64,000 bases of DNA, taken from Candidatus Eiseniibacteriota bacterium (GTDB lineage: Bacteria > Eisenbacteria > RBG-16-71-46 > CAIMUX01 > VGJL01). The stretch is taken from the NCBI GenBank assembly GCA_963792585.1, contig CAWBWI010000001.1, forward strand, positions 961,608 through 1,025,607, given 5' to 3'. The number at the start of each line of letters is the position of its first letter. Position 1 is the stretch's first letter. The translations under genes and the position numbers were made by a program. Under the pieces are notes generated by a model that was not told where the DNA came from, searched no databases, and saw nothing but the letters and a program-made list of their open reading frames with translations. Shown in pieces: positions 1 through 11,800 of this stretch.

Positions 1-1562
1 CCCAATACGGGGGGAACCTCCGTTGAGCTCACCTCGATCTGGACGGGACCGGCGCCGGAGACCCGGGTGACCCGCCAGACGTTGTCCAGATAGCCGGCCA
101 CCTCGCGGATCACGGCGCCGAGATTGACCTCCCGGAATTGCAGATCCGACTCCTCGCCCGAATACTCCTGGATCCGCTTGACGATCTCTCCACCCTGCAG
201 GGCCGCGGTGCGGACGATCTCCAGCCCTTTGCGGACGGCCGCGTCGTCGGTGCGGGCCTGCAGCAGTTGGGTGCGACCGAGAATCACGGCGAGCAGATTG
301 TTGAAGTTATGCGCGACCATCGTCGTCATCTCGCCAACGCCCCGAAGTCGCTCGTTCTGGACCATCTGTCGCATCAACCGCTTCTTCACGGTCTGGTCCA
401 CCCAGAGCAATTCGACCGCCCGCTCTTGCTGGTAGGTGACCCTTCGACCCCGCAGGTCGAACTCGAGGCTCCTGCCGCCGCGTCCAATCGCCACACAATC
501 GCTGTCCACGGGCTCGCCACTCGCCTCGGCCTGCGCCAGGATTTCGGTGACGACGCGGACGAAATCCGGATGCAAGAGGCGGTCGATGGTGAACGAGGGC
601 AGCAGCAACTGCTCTTCGGTGTATCCGAAGGTCTCGAGGAAGGCGTGGTTCACGAAACGGAACCGACCGCCTTGGATCAGACAGAGCGGATCCGGAGAGG
701 CTTCGACGAGGAGGCGGTACTTCTCCTGGGATTCGACCAGTTCCGCGGTACGGTCGCGAACCTTCTGCTCCAGCGTCTCGTTGAGGGCCGCGAGTTCGTC
801 ACGCGCCCGCGTCAACTCACGCTTCTGCTGGTCGAGGCTTTCGGCGGCGAGGGTGAACTGCTCCGCGAGAATCTCGATCTCGTCGCCGGTCGCGATCTTG
901 GGCTCCGGGTTCCATTCACCGCGGGCGAGACCCACGGTCTTCTCCACCAGGAGGCCGAGGGGCTTGATGATCCGCCGCACGAGCACGTGCGACAGGCCGA
1001 AGGCGAGCAATGTCCCGATCAAGGCCATGAGGATCACGATCAGGGAGGTCTCACGCGCATTCGCTTCAACGGAACGCAGGGAGAGGGCCACGCGAACCGT
1101 CCCCCAGCGGGCGCCAAAGGGTCCCATCACCGGTTCGACGCGATCCAGGATGTTGTAGCCGCTGGGGTCCTCTTCCTCGACCTCGAACGGCTCGCTCGAG
1201 ATCAGCCCCCGCAAGCTGACCGGATCCTGGACGCGTTCTCCGACTCGATCCCGCCGCCCGCTCATGCCCGCGACCAGTCCCTCCTTGTCGAGGATCATGA
1301 CGCGGAGGACTCCCGGCTCGCGCAACGCATCGTCGGCGATCTGCTGGAGCGTGATGTAGTCGTAGCTCATCAAGGCGGGTTGGCACAGGGATGCGAGACT
1401 GCGCGCGAAGCCGGCCACGCGAAGCTCGGCCTGTTCCCGCGTGCTGTTCGACAGGTGGCGTCCCGTGACCGCGGCGACCAGCAGAAAGATCATCAGGATC
1501 AGGACACCGAACGCGAAGGAGAAGCGACTTGCGAGCGACATCGACATCCGGTGGCGCTTCAT
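1..1562 (-). CDS. Sensor histidine kinase (TM-HAMP-PAS-HisKA); C-terminal part lies beyond the window start
   Basis: Not in the ORF track because it is open at the window edge. My reverse-complement translation from the ATG at 1562 gives MKRHRMSMSLASRFSFAFGVLILMIFLLVAAV. A second TM follows (LIVILMALIGTLLAFGL), then a HAMP-like stretch IIKPLGLLVEKTVGLARGEW..GDEIEILAEQF, a coiled coil, a PAS-like stretch SQEKYRLLVEASPDPLCLI, and the H-box GEMTTMVAHNFNNLLAVILG. ATGA overlap with the upstream stop at 1559-1562. Confidence 0.8.
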   Translation of the reverse strand, partial: MKRHRMSMSLASRFSFAFGVLILMIFLLVAAVTGRHLSNSTREQAELRVAGFARSLASLCQPALMSYDYITLQQIADDALREPGVLRVMILDKEGLVAGMSGRRDRVGERVQDPVSLRGLISSEPFEVEEEDPSGYNILDRVEPVMGPFGARWGTVRVALSLRSVEANARETSLIVILMALIGTLLAFGLSHVLVRRIIKPLGLLVEKTVGLARGEWNPEPKIATGDEIEILAEQFTLAAESLDQQKRELTRARDELAALNETLEQKVRDRTAELVESQEKYRLLVEASPDPLCLIQGGRFRFVNHAFLETFGYTEEQLLLPSFTIDRLLHPDFVRVVTEILAQAEASGEPVDSDCVAIGRGGRSLEFDLRGRRVTYQQERAVELLWVDQTVKKRLMRQMVQNERLRGVGEMTTMVAHNFNNLLAVILGRTQLLQARTDDAAVRKGLEIVRTAALQGGEIVKRIQEYSGEESDLQFREVNLGAVIREVAGYLDNVWRVTRVSGAGPVQIEVSSTEVPPVL

Positions 1563-3238
1563 CGGGCGGCCCCCCCTTGCGCCAGATTGCTCGTCGAGGC
1601 GAAGTGCACACGCCAGAAGGGGACGAGGGCGAGCCCGGTCGGGCCGATTTCCACGCCCTGGACCTCGGGACGCCAAGCGTATGCAATCGAGGAGTGGTAG
1701 AGGGGAACCAGCGGCACGTCCTGTAGGATCCGCTCCTGCAGCAGGAGATAGGTCCGGCTCCGCTCCGGCCCGGGTTGGAGCACCCGCGCCTGATCCAGAA
1801 GATTGTCCGCCTCGGATGAGCGATATCCGAACAAATTGCTCTCTCCCCTGCTGTGGAACAGCGGGAAGAGGAATGCGTCTGGATCGGGCAGGTCCGCCAC
1901 CCAGCTCATCGAGAACGCCTGAAGTTCCCCCGCAACGGCGAGACTGTCGAGCTGCGACCACGAATAGACCTGGATCTTGACATCGAATCCGACAGCCTCG
2001 AGATCGCGCCGGATCTGCTCCGCGAGACTTCGGGAGGCCCGTCCACCGCGCCAGAAGCCGATCGACACCGGCGCAAGCCCCTTGCCGCCTGGGAATCCCG
2101 CATCTGCGAGGATCCGCCGCGCCTCCTCCGGATCCGGGCGCGGCATCCTGTCGACCGGTTCCCTCCCGGGCATGCCCGGAGGAAGGAGTCCGAAGACGGG
2201 CACCTTGCCTTCGGGGTCCTTCGCGGTCAGGACGTCGCGGTGGATCGCAAGGAGCACCGCGCGCCGGACCGCCGCGATGTCGAACGGCGGCCTGTCCGTG
2301 CGCAGCCCCAGGAACGCCAGCGAGAGTTCGGGCGACCGGTAGACCGAAAGCCCGAGGGCGAGCGCCTCTGGCCCACCGCCCGCGCTGAGCGAAGCGAAGT
2401 CGATTCGACCATCGGCGATCGCGCGGGATTCACTCGTCGTGTCCACATCGGCGCTCGAGAGGAACACCAAGGAGTCGAGCAGTGCCGGGGTTCCCCAATA
2501 GTCAGCGTTCCGGGCAAGGTGGGCGTCTCCACCGTCGGCCTTTCGGGAGAACCGAAACGGACCGGTCCCATTCGGTTCTCGCTCCGCGCGTGGGGCGCCG
2601 ACGCCGTCGAAGTACGCGCTCGAAACGACGACGGTCTGGTCCATCGCAAGGACTTTGAGGAAGAGCGAGAACGGATGGAGGAGTTCGATTTCGAGCGTGT
2701 GGTCATCGATGACCCGGATCCCCCGAACATCCGGCGCGCGTCCGCTCTGATAGTCTTCGGCCCCCACGATGTGCAGCAGGTAATTCTCGGCGAGGCAGCG
2801 GCCATGGATATCCGGGGCCAGGCAACGCTGGAAGGAGAACGCAGCGTCTTTCGCCGTCAGCGGCGAACCGTCATGGAAGCGGATCCCCTTTCGCAGGTTG
2901 AAGACGTAGCGCAGGCCGTCCGTGGAAATGGTCCAGGTGGTGGCAAGGCAGGGCTCCAGACGCAGTGCGGTGTCGAGCGTGAGCAGGCCCTCATACACCT
3001 GGCGGAGCACGACCGACTCGTACACTTCGTCGATCTCACGCGGATCGAGGGAGCGCGCGGGCTCGCTGAGAATGCGTAGGACCCCGCCGCTCGGAGGCGG
3101 CGGAACCGCCGTACGGACGGTTCTCGATTCCTTCCCGCACCCTGCGACGAGCAGAATGGCGGCAAGGGCGACACGTCCCGGCAATCGCAGGGTCTTCCAC
3201 GGAAATATCTGCATCCGTCCCTCGATGGCGACCTCCAC
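1559..3238 (-). CDS. Periplasmic solute-binding protein, family 5 (peptide/nickel ABC-type SBP fold)
   Basis: 559-aa ORF with a lipobox-like N-terminus LAAILLVAGCGK. Family-5 SBP core ATTWTISTDGLRYVFNLRKGIRFHDGSPLTAKDAAFSFQR. No permease or ATPase genes adjacent. Confidence 0.8.
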   Translation of the reverse strand: MEVAIEGRMQIFPWKTLRLPGRVALAAILLVAGCGKESRTVRTAVPPPPSGGVLRILSEPARSLDPREIDEVYESVVLRQVYEGLLTLDTALRLEPCLATTWTISTDGLRYVFNLRKGIRFHDGSPLTAKDAAFSFQRCLAPDIHGRCLAENYLLHIVGAEDYQSGRAPDVRGIRVIDDHTLEIELLHPFSLFLKVLAMDQTVVVSSAYFDGVGAPRAEREPNGTGPFRFSRKADGGDAHLARNADYWGTPALLDSLVFLSSADVDTTSESRAIADGRIDFASLSAGGGPEALALGLSVYRSPELSLAFLGLRTDRPPFDIAAVRRAVLLAIHRDVLTAKDPEGKVPVFGLLPPGMPGREPVDRMPRPDPEEARRILADAGFPGGKGLAPVSIGFWRGGRASRSLAEQIRRDLEAVGFDVKIQVYSWSQLDSLAVAGELQAFSMSWVADLPDPDAFLFPLFHSRGESNLFGYRSSEADNLLDQARVLQPGPERSRTYLLLQERILQDVPLVPLYHSSIAYAWRPEVQGVEIGPTGLALVPFWRVHFASTSNLAQGGAAR

Positions 3239-3348
3239 CGGCTAAGCATCGGCCGCCCGCGACCGGATCTTGACCCATCACTCCGGCGTCCAACTGTCTG
3301 TATTGACCGAAGTTGGGGGGCTCTCTAGGATTCCACGAAGGGGGGGGC

Positions 3349-5105
3349 ATGCCGCTTCGACTGGCTCTCGCGCAGATCAATCCCACGGTCGGGGATCTCG
3401 ATGCAAATCTCCGGTCGATCGACGAGGCTGTCACGGCCCTCGCGCCTGCGGCCCCCGATCTCATCGCGTTCCCGGAACTCTCGCTGACCGGCTATCCGCC
3501 CGAGGATCTGCTCCACTACCATCGTTTCCTCGAAGATGTGGAGTCGGCAGTTCTGCGGCTGGCCGCCAGCCACCCGGCGCAACGACTGATTATTGGTGCG
3601 CCCCTCCGAGAGGGCGACGACCTCTACAACGCGGCCCTGCTCCTTCATGAAGGGGCAATCCGGCATGTCTATCGGAAGTGCACCCTGCCGAACTACGGGG
3701 TCTTCGACGAGAAACGCTACTTCCGGCCCGGCCGGCTCGCCACCGTGTACCGCCTTGGCGCCTGGTCGATCGGGGTCAGCATCTGCGAGGATATCTGGGC
3801 GCCGCGAGGGGTGCCGGCGCTGCAGGCGGAAGCGGGAGCGCGCGTGCTCGTCAACCTTTCCTCCTCCCCTTACGCGGCCGGCAAGACGGGCGAACGCGCG
3901 GGCCTGATCCGCCACCGCGCGCTCCAGCATGGGGTCCACCTCGCGTATGTGAACCTCGTCGGCGGACAGGATGAGTTGGTCTTCGACGGGGACAGCCTCG
4001 TCTGCGCCCCCGACGGATCGCTCATCGCACGCGGCGCGCAAGTTCGAGACCGACACGATCGTCGTCGACTTCGACGAGGCGACCGCCGCTACGGACCGAC
4101 CCCTTGGGACGACGCAGCCTTCGTGCAGCCTCGGTACGAGGAGATCGAAGAGATCGAGGACGAGCTACGGGTCGAGAGGATCGACCTGGGGGATCTTCCG
4201 CCGGCGCGCCGCCCGGCGATCCCGCCACGCTCGATCGCGCCCGACCCCATCGAAGAGGAAGAGATCTACGGCGCCCTCGTCCTCGGAACGCGCGACTACG
4301 TTCGCAAGAACGGCTTCCGAGACGTCGTACTCGGGTTGAGCGGCGGAATCGACTCCGCGCTGACGGCCGTCATCGCGGTCGACGCCTTGGACTGCGCGTC
4401 GGTCCACGCCCGTCACCATGCCCGGACCGTACACTTCTTCCTCCTCCCTTCAGGGGGCGGTGGACTTGGTCCGCAACATCGGCTGCGCCATGGAGTCCGT
4501 TTCGATCGGCGGGATCCTCGAGGGATACCTGCAGGCCCTGCGACCGATGCTGGCCGATGCGTCCCGTGGCGTGACCGAGGAGAATCTGCAGGCACGCATC
4601 CGCGGCAACTGCCTCATGGCTTTCTCGAATGCGCGCGGATGGCTCGTTCTGACCACCGGCAACAAGAGCGAACTCGCGGTCGGCTACTGCACCCTCTACG
4701 GCGACATGGCCGGCGGCTTCGCGGTGATCAAGGACGTGCCCAAGGATCTCGTTTACCGCCTGGCGCGATGGCGCAACGCGCGATCGGGCGATCCCGGTCC
4801 GATCCCCGAGGACACACTGACGCGCCCCCCCTCGGCCGAGTTGCGTCCCGATCAGAAGGACGAGGACACACTTGCCCCCCTATCCAATCCTCGACGCCAT
4901 CCTCGAAGCGCGGATCGAGCGCGAGGAGTCTCCGGAGGCTCTCGCGGCGCGCGGATTCGATCCCGAGGTCGTGCGCAAGGTGTACGCCTGGATCGACGGC
5001 AACGAGTACAAGCGCCGACAGGCTCCGCCGGGAATCAAGATCACGCCCCGCGCGTTCGGCAAGGACCGCCGCTACCCGATCACGAACCGTTACCGAGCGC
5101 GCTGA
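3349..5105 (+). pseudogene. nadE: Glutamine-dependent NAD+ synthetase, reading frame interrupted about 4 times (pseudogene or indel errors)
   Basis: CN-hydrolase domain MPLRLALAQINPTVGDLDANL..FPELSLTGYPPEDLL..ICEDIW. Synthetase domain LGLSGGIDSA, NKSELAVGYCTLYGDMAGGFAVIKDVPK, and C-terminus KRRQAPPGIKITPRAFGKDRRYPITNRYRAR. The homologous reading moves frame1->2 near 4040, 2->1 near 4095, 1->2 near 4410 (CCC run) and 2->3 near 4870 (C6 run). ORF-track pieces: 3313..5145, 3971..4339, 4418..5344, 4872..5105. Confidence 0.75.
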
Positions 5106-5119
5106 GGGCGCGGGATCCT

Positions 5120-6494
<1,375 letters not shown>

Positions 6495-6631
6495 GTCCCC
6501 TCCCTGTTCGATCCCATCGCCACGCCGTCGCAATGTACCCTCTCGTGCGCGCGCGGTCAACGCGGGTGGCGTCCTCGGGTTCCAACCGCTATCCTGGAAC
6601 GGCGCCCTGCGGCGCCACAAAGGAGGAGAGG

Positions 6632-7792
6632 ATGCGGATCGCCGTTCTTGGTGCCGGAAAACAGGGTGTCGCTTGCGCGGCCGACGTTCTTCGCGAAACG
6701 GATGTCACGGAAGTCCTGCTCGCCGACTCGAGTCGGGAGCGACTCGACCGCGGCCACCGACGTCCTCCGCAATCCCCGCCTTCGCATTCACGAGGTCGAC
6801 GCTTCCGACGAGACCGCGCTCGTGCCCACGCTACGGGGACTTCGGCGGTCGCGAGCGCCGTCCCCTATTTCCTGAACCTCGGCGTGACGCGGGCGGCCAT
6901 CCGGGCCGGCTGCTCGATGACCGACATGGGCGGGAACACCGATGTCGTCTTCCTGCAGCGGTCGCTCGACGCGGAGGCGCGCGCGGCCGGGGTCACGATC
7001 GTGCCCGATCTCGGCCTCGCGCCCGGACTCGGGAACATCCTCGCGATCCAGCGCCATCGAGGGGATGGACGAGGTCGATTCCGTGAAGATCCGGTGCGGC
7101 GGCCTGCCGCTCGACCCGCAGCCCCCGCTCGGATACGCGCTCTTCTTCTCGATCCACGGGTTGCTCAACGAGTACTGCGGGCGAGTCGGTCTGCCTGCGG
7201 GACGGACAGATCGCCCGGATCCCTACCCTGACCGAATCGGAGTGGATCGAGTTCCCCGAGCCGGTCGGCATCTGCCGGCCGTTCACACCTCGGGAGGTTC
7301 CTCCACGCTCCCATGGACCCTCGAGGGGCGCGTCCGCCATCTCGACTACAAGACAGTCCGCTACCCCGGCCACTGGCCGCGGATCCGTTTCCTCAAGGAA
7401 CTCGGGTCTACTCGAGACGCAGCCGGTTCGCGTCGGGCGCGTCACCCTGCCCCCGCGCGAAATCGCGGCGTCACTGCTCGAGCCGGTGCTCGACCGCCCC
7501 GAAACGCGCGACATCGATCGTCCTGCGGGTGACCGCGCGCGGCAATCGAAACGGCGTCGAGACGACCCGGCGCTTCGACCTCCTCGAGATCGGGGAGCCC
7601 CACCCGGGCCCCACGGCGATGATGAAGTTGACGGCCTACCCGACCGCCGCCGTTGCGCTGGCCCTCGCCCGCGGTCGGATCCGCGGCGCGGGCGTCGTCG
7701 CGGCGGAAACGGCGGTCGACGCGGAAGAGATGATTGCCCATCTCGCGAGCCGCGAGATCAAGGTCACGCGCACGGAGACTACCCGGACCTAA
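6632..7792 (+). pseudogene. Saccharopine dehydrogenase-like NAD(P)-binding oxidoreductase, frame interrupted about 7 times
   Basis: AGGAGGAG RBS, then MRIAVLGAGKQGVACAADVL (Rossmann GxGxxG). Further pieces are VDASDETALVPTLRG, SAVPYFLNLGVTRAAIRAGCSMTDMGGNTDVV, GVTIVPDLGLAPGLGNILA, MDEVDSVKIRCGGLPLDPQPPLGYALFFSIHGLLNEYCG, HTSGGSSTLPWTLEGRVRHLDYKTVRYPGHW and TAMMKLTAYPTAAVALALARG. They lie in ORFs 6533..7231, 6648..6875, 6942..7532, 7486..7980 and 7313..7792. Frame changes near 6750, 6835, 7050, 7175, 7270, 7400 and 7515. Confidence 0.7.
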
Positions 7793-7800
7793 CGGGCGGG

Positions 7801-7817
7801 GAGCGCCGGAAGCGCTC
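7801..7817. terminator. Small hairpin between convergent genes (GAGCGC-CGGAA-GCGCTC)
   Basis: 6-bp perfect stem and 5-nt loop in the 30-nt spacer between two convergent stop codons. No U-tract. Confidence 0.25.
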
Positions 7818-7822
7818 GGGGG

Positions 7823-8691
7823 CTAGCGTCCCTTCTCGCGGTTCTGGAGGATCTCGACGTAGTGGGTCAACTGCCGGACGCGGGGCTTGTCCTGCTGCTT
7901 CGAGTAGATCAAGACCAGGTTTCGCAGCATCCGGACCACGATGTCCCGGCTCGAGGAGGTCGCGATGTACTCCTCCTTGAAGTAGTAGCCGGCTCCGGTC
8001 AGAGTACTGCGCACAGTCCTTGCGGGTAAGCAGCCGCCCACCGTTGTACGGGTCGATGTAGATCTTCAACCTCGCCATCCTCGTACTTGACGAGGAAGTG
8101 GCCCGGCAGGCCGACTCCCCGGACGGGCAGGCCAAGGCGTTCGGTCAGCAGCAGGTAGAGCGCGGAGAGGGTGATCGGGATCCCGGTCCGCGTTTCGAGA
8201 ACGCGGTTCATGAAGCTGTTGTCGGGCTTGTAGTAGTCGGCGGTGTTGCCGGTGAAGTGCAGTTCCTCGAAGAGGTAGCCGTTCACCGCCTGGATGATCT
8301 CATGGGGTTGAATCAGTCCGCGGATCCTCTCGCGAAGAACGGTGGCGAGAGCATCGAGTTGCCGGCGGAAACCATCCCGATCCAACTCCGGATACTCGAT
8401 GCGCGCGATCGCGATGGCGCCGTCTTCGAGACCGAAGTTCTCGTCGCTCCTGCCGGCCAGCGCCTGAAATTCCGCCTCGAGGTGATCGAGTTGGATGCGG
8501 GCCATGATGTGGCGCGCGCGCAGGCGCGTGCGCGGGTCAGGCGACTCGGAAGCCTCGCGGAGGTACACGATCGCGGGCGGGCCGATTTCGAGCAGATGCT
8601 CCCAAACGGTATGAAGCACCTTCACGTCCTCGTCGGCGAGCAATGAAATCAGAGCCCGGTACTCTCGATCGTTCAGAGACTTGGTCGGCAT
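7823..8691 (-). pseudogene. SirB1/UPF0162-type transglutaminase-like + TPR protein, frame interrupted twice
   Basis: MPTKSLNDREYRALISLL..PELDRDGFRRQLDALA..YYKPDNSFMNRVLETRTGIPITLSALYLLLTERLGLPVRGVGLPGHFLVKYEDGEVE is in 7999..8754. It continues as IYIDPYNGGRLLTRKDCAQY (7779..8135), then LTGAGYYFKEEYIATSSSRDIVVRMLRNL..REKGR (7823..8041). Shifts near 8064 and 8005. Confidence 0.7.
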
Positions 8692-8881
8692 CGACACCTC
8701 TCGGCTACGTATTCCAACCCGACTCCCCCACCCAGCCCCTCGCCCACAGTGCAAGGGTACCCCCCGGTGGTGGGCGTCTCAACGCAAATCATCCGGCGCA
8801 TGGATCCGCCGCGGAGCGCAACGTATACTGCTTGACAGGAAAACAGGTTCCGTGCAACCGCGCGCGGAGAAGGAGGTTTGC

Positions 8882-11800
8882 TTGGCGACTCGCCGCGAGA
8901 TTCTCCGGATCGCCGGGGTTTTGGCTTCAGCGCCGACTGTCAGTTACCGCGAGCACGAAGCGCTCGCGAGGATCCGGCGCGAGCTGGACCACGCGGGCAT
9001 CGATTACGCGACCGATCGATACGGCAACTTGCTTGCCCGCTACCGAGGATCGCGCGCCCGTGGTCGGTCGGTCGCCTTCTGCGCGCACACGGATCATCCC
9101 GGATTCATCGTCGAAGCAAGCGCGCGACGTCGCGCGCACGCGCGCTGGATCGGGGGAGTCCAAGAGCGCTACTTCCCGCGCGCGCGCGTCCGCGTCGAAA
9201 CGAGGACGGGACCCGTGCGCGGCCGCGTCGTCGCGTACGAGAAAGGTCCGAACGGCCGTGTCGCGCGGATCGCCATCACGTTCGACCGCGAGGTGTCGCC
9301 GGGAGCGATCGGCGGATGGGACCTGACGCCATTCGCCGTGGAGGGATCCTGGATCCGTACGAAATCGGCGGACGACCTGTTGGGATGCGCGGCGATCGTC
9401 TGCATGTTGAAGGACCTCGTTGCGACCCGTCCGGCGATCGACGCATGGGGAATCTTCACACGCGCCGAGGAGGACGGGCTCTTCGGCGCCTCGGCGCTTG
9501 CCGCTTCAGGGGTGCTGCCGAGAGAATGCGCCTTTGTCAGCCTCGAGACGAGCAGGGAGCTCCCATGCGGACGGCTCGGCCAGGGTGTCATCGTCCGTGT
9601 GGGCGATCGGATGAGCGTCTTCGATCCCGCCGTCAGCGGCGGGCTCCTGGAAAGCGCCGAAGAACTCGCGAAGCGTGACCGGCGCTTCAGATTCCAGCGC
9701 GGCCTCATGGATGGCGGCTCCTGCGAAGCGAGCGCGTTTCAGGCGTTCGGATATGCGGCCGGAGGTCTGGCCCTCCCCCTCGGCAACTATCACAACATGG
9801 GCGAGAAACGGACTGCCGAGGAGGTCGTGCACGTCGATGACCTCGTCGGAATGAGTCGACTGCTGCCGGTCGCCGCCAAGCGGATTGCGTCGGGCCGCTC
9901 GCCCTTGGCCGTGCTGCGCGCGAAGCTTTCCAAGCGACTCCCCGCCGCGAAGCGGGAGTTGATCGCGTCGCGCAATCTCCTCGGGGGGCTCCTGATCGCG
10001 GGGCTGATCGCGGGAACGGCGACGGCCGGGCCACTCTCCGATCGCGCGACCCCGTCCCCGCCGAAATCGGGCGCGGCACGACCGATGCTGGAGCCGCGCG
10101 GCATGGCGGAGGCGGACCCGCTCGCCGTCTACGACGCTCTCCGATATGACATCTCAATCCGGATCGATCCTCCTGCGGAGAGCATCCAGGGGTCGGTGAC
10201 GATGCTCCTTCGCGCAGAAACCGACATCGAGGCCGTGCCGGTCGATTGCGGAGCGAACCTGACCGTTGACTCGGTCGCCGTCGACGGGAGCCGCGCAAGC
10301 TTCTCCCGGCCCGGCCCCGACGAGCTTCGCATCGACCTGTCCGGGACTCTGGGCACGGGCGACAGCGTCCTGGTTGCCATCTATTATCACGGCGGTTCGA
10401 TCCCCTCCCCTTTCACGGGTTTCGAGTTCTTCTCGAAGCATGGCGAGGGAACCGACGAGTTTCCGGTCGTTTCCACGATGAGCGAGCCGGACTTCTCCCA
10501 CGCATGGTGGCCCTGCAAGGATCGGTTCGACGACAAGGCGCTCGCGTCGCTGACCATCGACGCGCCGCGCGGCTACGTCGTCGCCGGGTTCGGTCTCGGG
10601 ACCATCGAGGAGGATCCGGTCGGCGATCGCCGCCGGACACGGTGGACGACCGCCTACCCGATCACTCCCTACCTCGTCTCATTCGCGGCATCCAACTACG
10701 TCTCCTGGACCGGCATCTACACCGGTGAGGACCTGGAGCCGATGCCGCTCGTCTTCTACGCCTACCCCGAAGACTCGTCCAAGGCCGCTGCGGACTGGAC
10801 GACGACCTCGGAGGCGATCACGGCATTCGAGTCCTTCTTCGGGCGCTATCCGTTCCGGAACCCGACGATCGGCGTCGAGAAACTCGGGATCGTGGAGTTT
10901 CCATGGAGAAGCGGCGCCATGGAAAATCAGACGATGATCTTCATGGGCGAGGGTTTTGTCTCCGGCGACAAGACCTTCGATTCGGTCCTCGCCCACGAGG
11001 TCGCCCACCAGTGGTTCGGCGATGCCGTGACGCCGACCTCGATCGATCACATCTGGCTCAATGAAGGCTTCGCGACCTACGGGGAGGCTCTCTTCTACGA
11101 GCACCGAAACGGGACGGCCGGTTATCGCGACTGGATGCAGCACATCCGCAGCCCCCTCGACTTCGAGTACCGCGGACCTCTCGTCGAGCCCGATGAGTCG
11201 TTCGGGTCGACCGTCTACCGCAAGGGCGGGTGGCTCCTGCACATGTTGCGGGGCGTGCTCGGCGATCAGGATTTCTTCCGCGCCCTGAACACCTACTACG
11301 ACCGATACGAGTATGCAAACGCCTCCACGGACGACTTCGTCCGGGCGGTCGAGGAAACGGCGGGCAGTGATCTGCGGTGGTTCTTCACTCCGTGGCTCTA
11401 CGGAATCGGCCGGCCCCGGATCGCATGGGACTGGGAGACGGACGAACGCGGAAGCGCGAACGAGGTTCGACTCCTTATCTCGCAGACACAGGATCCGATC
11501 GTCTATCCCCGGGGCGCCCCGCAGGATGGGGCGCCGGAGTCGTTCCGCTTCCCCCTCGAGGTGAGGATGTTCGCCGCCGGCGACAGCTCCAGCCGCACCG
11601 TATTCGTGGGGCAGAGGACGGCCGCCTTCTTGATCGACGACGTCCCCTTCCGTCCCGACAGCATCGCCCTCGACCCCGACCAGTGGATCCTCCGCGAGAT
11701 CGCCCCGCGGGGCGCCGGCCTGCGCCCGAACGCGGCCGTCGCGTTCCCGAACCCGAGCCGGGGTCCGACGACGTTCATCGTGCATGTCGCCTCCGGTGCG

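Noticed and set aside
138-1700. 520-aa plus-strand ORF (and similar ORFs 1853..3079 +, 3325..4056 -)
   Set aside because: These are R/G/P/D/H-rich low-complexity translations antisense to genes with clear family motifs (histidine kinase, SBP, nadE). They are typical GC-rich shadow ORFs.
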